Both the position numbers and the translations under genes were made by a program. The notes beneath the pieces are model-generated. The model saw only the letters and a program-made list of their open reading frames with translations, did no database searches and was not told the DNA's origin. This document shows, in pieces, positions 23,801 to 31,480 of a stretch of DNA of 31,480 nt (the first letter of the stretch is position 1; each line of letters begins with the position of its first letter). The DNA comes from a virus, in IMG/VR virus record IMGVR_UViG_3300028601_000785; one strand, given 5' to 3'.

Positions 23801-24090
23801 TGCCCGACGATCTAAATGAAATACTAAAAGAATGTGCAAAACTTCGAGGAGTATTCCACTTACAACACCGGATACTCAAAGAGTTTGAATGGTTCGTTAA
23901 TGCGATCATTTTCGAAGAATGGAATCTCCCAGAGCGTTTGGAGCAAGAGGAATTTCAAGAACTCCGGATCTATGAGGGTAGATCAAATGATTTTAAAGAT
24001 CGGGATAATGTGCTTGTTGAGTGGGGCAAACTCTTTTTAGAGTATTATAGGGAGAAGGCTGATAAATGGAAGACGGAGGATTATATTTAA
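23800..24090 (+). CDS. Hypothetical protein, paralog of 5760..6053
   Basis: TAATG overlap; shared N-terminal motif and LLEWGKLFL/LVEWGKLFL. Confidence 0.8.
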   Translation: MPDDLNEILKECAKLRGVFHLQHRILKEFEWFVNAIIFEEWNLPERLEQEEFQELRIYEGRSNDFKDRDNVLVEWGKLFLEYYREKADKWKTEDYI

Positions 24091-24329
24091 TGGATCTCAA
24101 CAACTCCCCCTCTCTTGTAATCCCATGTGACACCGTAGAACACCTTAAAGAACTCGTAGACGCACTCTATGAAAAAGAGATTTTGACAGAGGAATCAATC
24201 AAATTCCTGAACTGTCCATCAAATATTCTTCAAATCCTCAACAGAGCTGATTTTTTTGAACCTGTAGACATTGCAGGCATTAAGGCGGTTAAAGGGCAGA
24301 CTGAACAACCCCCCGAAGATCTCCTTTAA
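24090..24329 (+). CDS. Small acidic hypothetical protein (track ORF starts at 24066)
   Basis: TAATG overlap at 24090; followed by a pyrimidine-rich, terminator-like tract. Confidence 0.6.
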   Translation: MDLNNSPSLVIPCDTVEHLKELVDALYEKEILTEESIKFLNCPSNILQILNRADFFEPVDIAGIKAVKGQTEQPPEDLL

Positions 24330-24640
24330 TTTCCCCTTCCATTTTTCCAACAGGCTCTCACACAGCCACGTAGCTCACTTTTCTTACGCTTCCCATACTT
24401 TCCTATTAACTCCCCTCTAAAATCCTCTCTACTGGCTTCTAGTGAATCTATACCTTTTTAATTCGTGTGACTATATTTTATTACTTCAATACAAACATTT
24501 TTATTTTGAAGAGTTATATTATCATCTATGATATATTTTTCAAAGAATGATATTTTTTGATATCTGGAGGAATAAATGATTAAAAAAACAGGCGGCTATT
24601 TTTGTGATGACTGAAAAACGATTTTTAGAAAGGGGCGGCG

Positions 24641-27205
24641 ATGAATAATAGAGTACGTCGTGGGTTTCTTTTTGTGGTTATTTTTTGGATATATTTGTGT
24701 CTCTTAGTAGGCTCTGCGAGTGCCGTCCCACCTTCAGGAGAAATACTACATTTTGATTTCGAAACGGGATCAGGCTCAACGGCATTAGATGATTCCGGAA
24801 ATGGAAACAACGGAACATTAGGCGCAAACGTTGTATGGGTAGACGGGAGAGGCGGAGGACATGCAGTCAGAACAAATAACACGGCTACGTCTATTGTTAC
24901 TGTATTAGATTCAAGTACACTAGATCTATACCAGTCAGATTTTTCTATGTCAGTAGACATTAAACCAAACGCAGTGATGGATGACATCACTGAACATTAT
25001 TATATAATTAAGAAAAGACAGAATTTTAATGACCTGAATGGTTATCAGGTTATCATTTCAAAATACGGAACTCCGGTTAAACCACTTACTATTAATCTCG
25101 GGGATGGTTCTGTTTCAGCATCAAGTTACTATCTCAACCAAAAAGAGTGGGCACAGAATATCTGGACAAATGTATTAATTACGTATGATTATGAAACAAA
25201 AACAGTAAAACAGTATAGAGACGGAACACTAAAAACAACTACCGTATTAAGCACGCTAAACGGAGAGGCAACTGCCGCAACGAATGAGCAAAATCTGATA
25301 TTATTCTCATACTGTAATGCTGATTTCGACAATGTAAATATATTTAATCGAACTGTAACAGACAGCACTGAAATCTCTCAACTAGCATATGGGGGCGATG
25401 CATCATCTCAAACGTATTATGTTTCTAACTCAGGAAGCAATTCGAATTCTGGCGCAATTGATTCTCCTCTACAAACAATTACTTATGCGTGTTCTATTGC
25501 ACTTCCAGGCGACACAATAAAAATTATAGACGGGACATTTTCCGAAAGTGGGATTGTACTCGCTGAAAGTGGATTATCTGGTCATCCAATTACAATAGAA
25601 AAATATAATGGAACTGTACTTTTACAGGGCAGTGGACAGCAATACGGTTTTAATATCCTGAAAAATTATATCACTATTGACGGGCTTGATTTAAACGGAT
25701 ACCAGAACTCAATATACTATTCAGGTGCTGACAACACAGAAACAAATAATGTATCAATTACAAATGTTTCGGCATATGGGATATATTATTCCTCTTGTAC
25801 AGATGCTATAATTGACACAATTGATATTGCGGATTGTACAGGCAGCGCAATAGGATACCTGAATCTGGAAACTGCATATGTTTCAGATATTAACATTGAT
25901 TCAGTAGATTATGGTATGATCGGGACCGGTCTAAAAAACTCCACAATTACAAATTATATTGCTAATGGGTCTATCAAAGGCGTGGATAGTACAGGGTCAT
26001 GGAATACAACATATGATAATTTCCGCATGACAAACATGTCTATAGACGGCATGGATTTCAAGACTAATTGTAATTATACCACTGTTAAAAATGGATATAT
26101 CGATACTATAATAAGTCATGGACTACACTTTTTCAACGGGGCGTATGATACAAAAGTTGAGAATGTCACATTCTGGGACTGCTGGCATAACGAGCTTGAT
26201 TTCCACACTAATTACAATAAACTTGATACTGTTAATGTGTCAAACTGTTATTTCAATTACAGACCAACTCCTACACCACTAACAGGAGATGTAGTAGGGG
26301 TATTCTTCCATAATTATAACGCATCTAATATAATAATAGACAATTGCGATTTTAATTATACATATCGCCCAATACAGATTTATAATACTAGGAATCTCAC
26401 CGTAACGAACAATGAATTCTGGAATATTAAACAGGATGATAGTCTACCTCTCGGTAACTGGTTATTGTTAGGGTCAATAGGAGATGATGATACATATGGG
26501 TATACAGGAGACTCCGACAAAAGAGGAGTATTCAATGCAACTTTTAGGGACAATATAATTTATGGTCCAAATTCATACGGGATAAATGTTTATACATACG
26601 CAAGTGGCACTTATCCGCTAGGTCCTAATCAGACATACATAGAGGATTGTATTTTTTGGAATAATACATTTTTAGGGCAAGCAAATCAGTATTTATATCT
26701 CACATCTTCATCAATTTTAAGTGATTGTCTATTTTTTGACAATGTTGAAGATAATTTAGTTTCTGGACTTGTATATCTCAACAATACACCAAATTCAACA
26801 GAAAACATTTCGATAGGGCTAGACGTTGCAACAGCTTACCCTCTTCAACACTCTTTTGATTTTGTAACGGTTGGCGTACCAATAGCAGCATTTTCAGCCA
26901 ATAACACAACAGGTACAGCCCCTATAGATTTATCATTTACGGACGGCTCTATGTGGGCTCCTACGTCATGGAGTTGGGACTTTGAAAATGACGGGACAAT
27001 AGACAGTACTGAACAGAATCCAATCTGGACATACGATACAGACGGGGAATACACAGTTAATTTGACAGTTTCGAATGAATATGGTAGTGATTCTGAAATA
27101 AAAGTGGATTATATACAATTAACTAATCCGTATGTTCCCCCACTACTAGTTACTGCAAGTGCAGTTGTAATGTATTTCTTCATGAGATCCAGGAGGTGGT
27201 GGTAA
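24641..27205 (+). CDS. Membrane-anchored surface protein: signal peptide, LamG/ConA-like domain, right-handed beta-helix, PKD domain, C-terminal TM
   Basis: N-terminal RRGFLFVVIFWIYLCLLVGSASA; HFDFETGSG..ALDDSG (LamG); YYVS..GS....G....P..TI (DUF1565-like entry to a beta-helix); AAFSAN...G.AP....F.D.S...PTSW.WDF..DG (PKD); LLVTASAVVMYFFMRSRR anchor. Confidence 0.85.
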   Translation: MNNRVRRGFLFVVIFWIYLCLLVGSASAVPPSGEILHFDFETGSGSTALDDSGNGNNGTLGANVVWVDGRGGGHAVRTNNTATSIVTVLDSSTLDLYQSDFSMSVDIKPNAVMDDITEHYYIIKKRQNFNDLNGYQVIISKYGTPVKPLTINLGDGSVSASSYYLNQKEWAQNIWTNVLITYDYETKTVKQYRDGTLKTTTVLSTLNGEATAATNEQNLILFSYCNADFDNVNIFNRTVTDSTEISQLAYGGDASSQTYYVSNSGSNSNSGAIDSPLQTITYACSIALPGDTIKIIDGTFSESGIVLAESGLSGHPITIEKYNGTVLLQGSGQQYGFNILKNYITIDGLDLNGYQNSIYYSGADNTETNNVSITNVSAYGIYYSSCTDAIIDTIDIADCTGSAIGYLNLETAYVSDINIDSVDYGMIGTGLKNSTITNYIANGSIKGVDSTGSWNTTYDNFRMTNMSIDGMDFKTNCNYTTVKNGYIDTIISHGLHFFNGAYDTKVENVTFWDCWHNELDFHTNYNKLDTVNVSNCYFNYRPTPTPLTGDVVGVFFHNYNASNIIIDNCDFNYTYRPIQIYNTRNLTVTNNEFWNIKQDDSLPLGNWLLLGSIGDDDTYGYTGDSDKRGVFNATFRDNIIYGPNSYGINVYTYASGTYPLGPNQTYIEDCIFWNNTFLGQANQYLYLTSSSILSDCLFFDNVEDNLVSGLVYLNNTPNSTENISIGLDVATAYPLQHSFDFVTVGVPIAAFSANNTTGTAPIDLSFTDGSMWAPTSWSWDFENDGTIDSTEQNPIWTYDTDGEYTVNLTVSNEYGSDSEIKVDYIQLTNPYVPPLLVTASAVVMYFFMRSRRWW

Positions 27206-27206
27206 T

Positions 27207-28052
27207 ATGTTATTAGGCGAATGTTATGCAGGCGAGGACGCAGAAGTCCTCTTTGAAGCAATGAAAGCAGATTGGTCGGGAGAAGATGAGGACGTAATCT
27301 CTAATCTCGTCGTCTATGTCAAACGATACAAACAAACCGCAGTTCAGGCAATCGGAGCAACAGCTGTATGGATTTCGGATATGGGAATGTATCTCCTGAC
27401 TGTACCAGCCGCGTATGTTCCTGCTGCGGGATCTTTTGATATTGTTGTAAAAGGCGCAGGCGACATCGATGATGTCAAAATACGGTTAGGGGTCAATACA
27501 GCAGATACCACACTCTCAACTATAGACAACGTTGTAGATGGAATCAAAATAGTAACCGATACACTGACAAACGATTACTTTGAATTAAGGGTCGCAACTG
27601 CATTAGAGGGATACAATACATCCACACTAACTGCCCAACAGGTCTGGGAACACGTCACTCGTACTCTCACGAGCGCAGGGGCAGGAGGAGCAACAGCCCA
27701 GGAGGTTTGGGAGTATGCAACAAGAACACTAACATCAGGAGGCACTGCCACGAGCGGAGGATCAGAATCTATTATCACGGGCTACACACATGTAGCATCA
27801 GCAAGGACAATTGATACAGGAGATACAGCACTCACAGTTGAACAGATTATCAGCATTTTTAATCTGTCTCAGGGATGTGAGATATACAACTGTTTGAATC
27901 CAAGAAAACACAGGATGTATTTAATTGCTCCTGACAATGAAGGAATTGATATTTCAATAACAAACGGAGTAATTACTTATATCGAGGATTCGGGTATGAC
28001 CAATGACGATAAACTTATGATAATCGTCAGGTCAGCTCATACTACAATTTGA
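27207..28052 (+). CDS. Putative virion or adhesin protein with tandem TAQ-x-VWE-x2-TRTLTS repeats
   Basis: Two 21-aa-period repeats starting at 27630 and 27693; Thr/Gly/Ala-rich; RBS GGAGGTG. Confidence 0.6.
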   Translation: MLLGECYAGEDAEVLFEAMKADWSGEDEDVISNLVVYVKRYKQTAVQAIGATAVWISDMGMYLLTVPAAYVPAAGSFDIVVKGAGDIDDVKIRLGVNTADTTLSTIDNVVDGIKIVTDTLTNDYFELRVATALEGYNTSTLTAQQVWEHVTRTLTSAGAGGATAQEVWEYATRTLTSGGTATSGGSESIITGYTHVASARTIDTGDTALTVEQIISIFNLSQGCEIYNCLNPRKHRMYLIAPDNEGIDISITNGVITYIEDSGMTNDDKLMIIVRSAHTTI

Positions 28053-28166
28053 TTTGCGGAGATTGCTAGCAATTTAGGAGGATGCCGTTTCACCTCCTAA
28101 AATTGCGGGACGAAGTCACATAAAAAACGACTTGTACACTCTATTTTTTCAAAGCTTCAGACATGC

Positions 28167-29453
28167 TTATTCTTTTTTACGTCCAAAGACTGCAATCATA
28201 CCTAGAACTGCAACCGTGGGCAATGCTACCGAAGGAAACTCCGGTACAGATATCTGCTGTGAAGGAAAGACATAAATTACAACATCTGCTGATGCTGTAC
28301 TGTATGTCATAGTATCATCTGGTATAAAATCAACATGTAATGTATGTATGCCTTCACTCAGTAACGTTCCTTCTGCCGGAGTATAGACAAAGGTTCCTGG
28401 TACTGAAGCAGATGCGCTTAACTGATCGCTGCCCAATGGTGTTCCATAGATTATATCAACAGGTTTAGGCCAGGTAATTGTGGGGGTCTCTGGGACACTA
28501 GGTTCATTATCTAGTACTGTAATTTCTTTTGTTGCAGTAGTCAATATCGTCTGTTTTCCATTATTATCCCAAATTCGATAATCTACATTTATTTCATGCG
28601 TTCCCGGAGAAAAAATAAAAGACTCACTCACATATAAATTGCTTCGATAAAGTTTTTTAGTTTCTGTAAATGCTAATTTACCATCAACATAACAATCTAT
28701 TGCACTGTTTTCTAGAATACACGGATAAACATAAATACTAATTTCATTTGGTTCAACTTGATGACTAAAAAACATATCTAAATCTGGATAAGTGCATATT
28801 CTTATATCAGGAACTGTATCAGGAAAACCAGTACTAGCATTAATTACACCATAATCGACACCTATTTTATTATCTTTAATTATTATTGGACTGATTCCTG
28901 TTGATTCATATTGAGCAATAATTGCATTTGTAGATGTATCTACAACCTGCAATGAGTCGAATAGAACTCTTACAAATAGTCTTGTACCATCGCTATTAAT
29001 AGCAGTGCTTACTGCTCTAATACCTAAAGTAGCAATTATAGAATTCGTACGCAAATCAACTGTTTTAACGTAATCTAGGTCAGGAGAATAAATATACAAT
29101 CTATTACCATCAGGACTAATAGTAATTCCGTAAGGCATATCGGTTTCAATAAACGAAGTTTCTTTACATGTAGCAACATCTACAATTGAAACTCCTTCAC
29201 AATAATCTGGAGGACGCATATAATGATAGTTTAGATAAATTGTTTTTCCATCAGGCGAGACAGCAACATTATTATCAGCGGTGCCCCCACCATAAGTAAC
29301 AACCCCAGTTACCATATTTGTTGCATGATCAATTACAGATACTGTGTTATTGTCATTTATTTTATATGTGAAAGGCGCGGCTCCGGCTATTTTAGTAAGC
29401 AAAAATAGACAAAATATAATTACTAAAATTCTTCTCGTACTAAACACTTCCAA
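28167..29453 (-). CDS. PEF-CTERM surface glycoprotein: signal peptide, YVTN beta-propeller, Ig-like domains
   Basis: Signal peptide ending IAGA; NTVSVID...V repeats (YVTN-like); TPTITW...I.YGT.L...QL.A.ASVPGTF.Y (Ig/MBG-like); C-terminal VPEFPSVALPTVAVLGMIAVFGRKKE is the PEF-CTERM motif, TM and basic tail. Confidence 0.85.
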   Translation of the reverse strand: MEVFSTRRILVIIFCLFLLTKIAGAAPFTYKINDNNTVSVIDHATNMVTGVVTYGGGTADNNVAVSPDGKTIYLNYHYMRPPDYCEGVSIVDVATCKETSFIETDMPYGITISPDGNRLYIYSPDLDYVKTVDLRTNSIIATLGIRAVSTAINSDGTRLFVRVLFDSLQVVDTSTNAIIAQYESTGISPIIIKDNKIGVDYGVINASTGFPDTVPDIRICTYPDLDMFFSHQVEPNEISIYVYPCILENSAIDCYVDGKLAFTETKKLYRSNLYVSESFIFSPGTHEINVDYRIWDNNGKQTILTTATKEITVLDNEPSVPETPTITWPKPVDIIYGTPLGSDQLSASASVPGTFVYTPAEGTLLSEGIHTLHVDFIPDDTMTYSTASADVVIYVFPSQQISVPEFPSVALPTVAVLGMIAVFGRKKE

Positions 29454-29773
29454 AAAGGCTTTCTAAATGTTTAATTATCATAATATACAAACATGTCGAT
29501 TTTTTTTAGATCTGATCTAAATATTAATAAAAAGTTGTAATTATCAGAAAAGTGCTATGATTTATAATTATTATTAATATTTATTTTCAATACCATATAA
29601 AAAAATTAAATGCGTTAATAAATAGAAAACTTCTAATGAAACTCATATGATGAAACTTTAATAAAAAATATAAAAAATATCAGGAAGCTTAAAACTATTT
29701 TTAGTTCTTTGAGTATAAAAAAGATTATTTCTATTTTTTTGAGTAGTAAAAAAAAAGGGAAATTTGAGTGAAT

Positions 29774-29884
29774 TCAAAAGAGTGTCTCACGCATTACAGA
29801 TATTAAATAATATCCAAGCACACACACGGCAACGAATCTCACAAGGTCAACGGCTGATTTTCCATCGAGTTTAATGTTATTCAC
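29774..29884 (-). CDS. 33-36-aa hydrophobic peptide ((MNN)IKLDGKSAVDLVRFVAVCVLGYYLISVMRETLF)
   Basis: Hand translation; strong RBS GGAGGTGA, with either the GTG inside it or an ATT 5 nt later as start; TATA-like element about 25 nt upstream. Confidence 0.45.
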   Translation of the reverse strand: MNNIKLDGKSAVDLVRFVAVCVLGYYLISVMRETLF

Positions 29885-29967
29885 CTCCTGTAATTAGGAA
29901 AGCGGCACAGTATTAAAAAGTTTACGTTATTCTTTCTTGTAATCCCATTTGATGTCAAAAAAGAAAA

Positions 29968-30231
29968 TCAAAGTAAATCCTTCTCAAATCTATACACCAC
30001 AGGGAGTGTCCTAAATATCTCAGTTTCCCTTCTCATGGTTTCCTCGTAGAGATCATCAATCCTTTTTATAAGCTCATCTGGCAGCAGGTGGCAACGATTA
30101 TTTCCAATCGTGGGGACGGATGTTTGATTTTTTGTGTCTTCCAACTGGGCATCAGCTAGGTTCTTGAGGTCTTCATCTGGAAGGTTATTCAGTTCGTTGG
30201 TTCGTTTTTTTATGCTGTCGCCGACTTTCAT
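29968..30231 (-). CDS. Hypothetical protein
   Basis: GGTGA RBS; minus-strand cluster. Confidence 0.6.
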   Translation of the reverse strand: MKVGDSIKKRTNELNNLPDEDLKNLADAQLEDTKNQTSVPTIGNNRCHLLPDELIKRIDDLYEETMRRETEIFRTLPVVYRFEKDLL

Positions 30232-30235
30232 TTAA

Positions 30236-30418
30236 TCACCGGTTTGTTTTTATTACAACTGCCCTAGAGGTGGATGTTCCACAATCGTCGAGAAGCAAGA
30301 TTATATCAGTTCCAATGACATCCACATAACCACATTCCTCTTGGATAACCGCTTCAGTTACAACTTCCATCTCTCCATCAACTTTATTGAGGAGGGCTAT
30401 TAAGTCACTGACATTCAT
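30236..30418 (-). CDS. Small hypothetical protein (MNVSDLIALL...EMEV)
   Basis: N-terminus resembles common viral M-x-V-x-ELI-x2-L proteins. Confidence 0.6.
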   Translation of the reverse strand: MNVSDLIALLNKVDGEMEVVTEAVIQEECGYVDVIGTDIILLLDDCGTSTSRAVVIKTNR

Positions 30419-30755
30419 TTTCTCTCAGACCCCAAAAACAAGTATAAGACTCACCAAGAATATTATACACTTCATTTATATTAATCTCATTCAAATTTAA
30501 TATATTCCTCTCTTGATTTTCATTTGCAATTACTCTCTTAACATATGCTTTCATTTCCTCTGAATCTTTGAGTGTTTTAATTTCATGTTGCAATTTATTT
30601 GCAAGTGTGATGGTGTACTTTTTGGGATCAGCTATGTTATCATATTCTCTATATAATTCAGCGCGGGTGAACCTATCAGGGCACGTTTGAATCTCATCTA
30701 TGAGAGTTTCTAATTCTGATTTTTCTGACATTTGTGCCATCTCCCACTTTTCCAA
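30405..30755 (-). CDS. Hypothetical helical protein
   Basis: ORF track; tightly packed cluster. Confidence 0.6.
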   Translation of the reverse strand: MEKWEMAQMSEKSELETLIDEIQTCPDRFTRAELYREYDNIADPKKYTITLANKLQHEIKTLKDSEEMKAYVKRVIANENQERNILNLNEININEVYNILGESYTCFWGLRENECQ

Positions 30756-30961
30756 TCCTGCTCGTACCCGGCCTCTACTGCCCTCATAACTACAAATCTC
30801 ATTTTGTGGAACGCTTTGAACTTCTTTTCGTTCAATTTTATTAACTGCTTTCTTCTCGCCCTTGTATCAGGCAATGATTCAAGTTCTTCAATTCTGGATA
30901 AATAATGTTTGTGGGTAGATTGGAGATTATCGATTTTTTGATTAAGTTCGTTTTCGTCCAT
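30710..30961 (-). CDS. Hypothetical coiled-coil protein
   Basis: GGAG(TG) RBS upstream; ends in TAG. Confidence 0.6.
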   Translation of the reverse strand: MDENELNQKIDNLQSTHKHYLSRIEELESLPDTRARRKQLIKLNEKKFKAFHKMRFVVMRAVEAGYEQDWKSGRWHKCQKNQN

Positions 30962-30968
30962 TTATTTT

Positions 30969-31343
30969 TCACACTCCTTTAAGCTCACTAAACTTAAATT
31001 CCTCTCCGACATCTGGATCATCCCCCGGGCAACACCATCCATTATTCTGAGCGTTCACCATTGATTCAATCATGCCGAGGCACTGCTGAGTATATACATG
31101 GCTCAATTCCTCACCAAGAGCAGGATTAAGCCCATCTATAATGGATCTGATGCAAACATACTCATATAAAAATAATGTGTCATATGACCCCTCGAAGAGT
31201 CTTTTTGTGAAAAATTTAATCAGGCTGAGTTTTTTCATTTTGATTTTCTTTGGATCTCTTCCAGGTGGGAGATCGTCTGTTATGTGCCAGCAGGGGGCGC
31301 GGTTTGTGCAGTTGAAACATTTTGTTAGGATGTTGTTTCCCAT
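30969..31343 (-). CDS. Hypothetical protein with N-terminal CFNC
   Basis: GGAA/GAAG upstream; packed cluster. Confidence 0.65.
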   Translation of the reverse strand: MGNNILTKCFNCTNRAPCWHITDDLPPGRDPKKIKMKKLSLIKFFTKRLFEGSYDTLFLYEYVCIRSIIDGLNPALGEELSHVYTQQCLGMIESMVNAQNNGWCCPGDDPDVGEEFKFSELKGV

Positions 31344-31346
31344 GAT

Positions 31347-31469
31347 TTATTCTTCCTTGAATCTCTCCAGAATCCTTTCAGCTTCGTTCTCAGTACATCC
31401 ATGATGAATCAGATGTGGGATGATCTGCGGATATCTTTTTTTGCAGTATGGGCATTGAGTTCTAGTCAT
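31347..31469 (-). CDS. 40-aa C2H2-like Zn-finger protein (MTRTQCPYCKKRYPQIIPHLIHH...)
   Basis: Hand translation; C-x2-C-x9-H-x2/3-H; RBS GGGGTGA. Confidence 0.6.
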   Translation of the reverse strand: MTRTQCPYCKKRYPQIIPHLIHHGCTENEAERILERFKEE

Positions 31470-31480
31470 TTATTCACCCC

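Larger units (their letters stand above)
1..31480. mobile_element. Segment of an archaeal virus/provirus, probably of Methanosarcina(ceae)
   Basis: Densely packed, translationally coupled small ORFs; PrimPol-D5 helicase; ERCC4 nuclease; Gp3-like RDF; thyA/tmk; tRNA; RHH regulators; no host housekeeping operons. No structural or integrase gene lies in the window, so free virus versus provirus is unresolved. Confidence 0.85.

Noticed and set aside
5760-24090. Diversity-generating retroelement TR/VR pair
   Set aside because: Differences between the paralogs are not adenine-specific and are mostly synonymous; there is no reverse transcriptase in the window.
1018-31404. Many antisense or nested ORFs in the track (e.g. 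1018, 2220, 2611, 2829, 5426, 10530, 10940, 11315, 13659, 16799, 17213-18652, 20312, 24625, 26845, 27344, 31141)
   Set aside because: They lie within or opposite well-supported genes, lack RBSs and show no recognisable motifs.

Overview
This AT-rich window looks like an internal segment of a virus or provirus of Methanosarcinaceae (probably Methanosarcina). The host call rests on disaggregatase-type beta-helix proteins, a PEF-CTERM/YVTN/PKD surface-protein cassette, archaeal TATA promoters, GGAGGTGA-type RBSs, an archaeal-type ThyA and a tRNA-Gln with an A1-U72 pair. No capsid, terminase, portal or integrase gene is visible. From left to right: (i) two paralogous beta-helix putative matrix depolymerases, one in frame with the upstream gene across a single amber codon followed by a hairpin, then small membrane genes (0.5-4.4 kb); (ii) small genes and several ribbon-helix-helix (RHH) regulators, including a divergent switch-like pair (4.5-9.4 kb); (iii) a non-coding RNA cluster with two unusual tRNA-shaped elements, short repeats and tRNA-Gln(UUG) (9.45-10.03 kb); (iv) recombination, nucleotide and replication genes: Gp3-like RDF, FTR-like Fe-S protein, thyA, tmk, ERCC4 nuclease, and a PrimPol-SF3 helicase followed by an inverted-repeat candidate origin (10-20 kb); (v) small accessory genes including DUF2283-like and Tad2/DUF2829-like proteins (20.3-24.3 kb); (vi) large cell-surface proteins (24.6-29.5 kb) and small minus-strand genes. 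All family assignments come from motif recognition by eye and need HMM confirmation.
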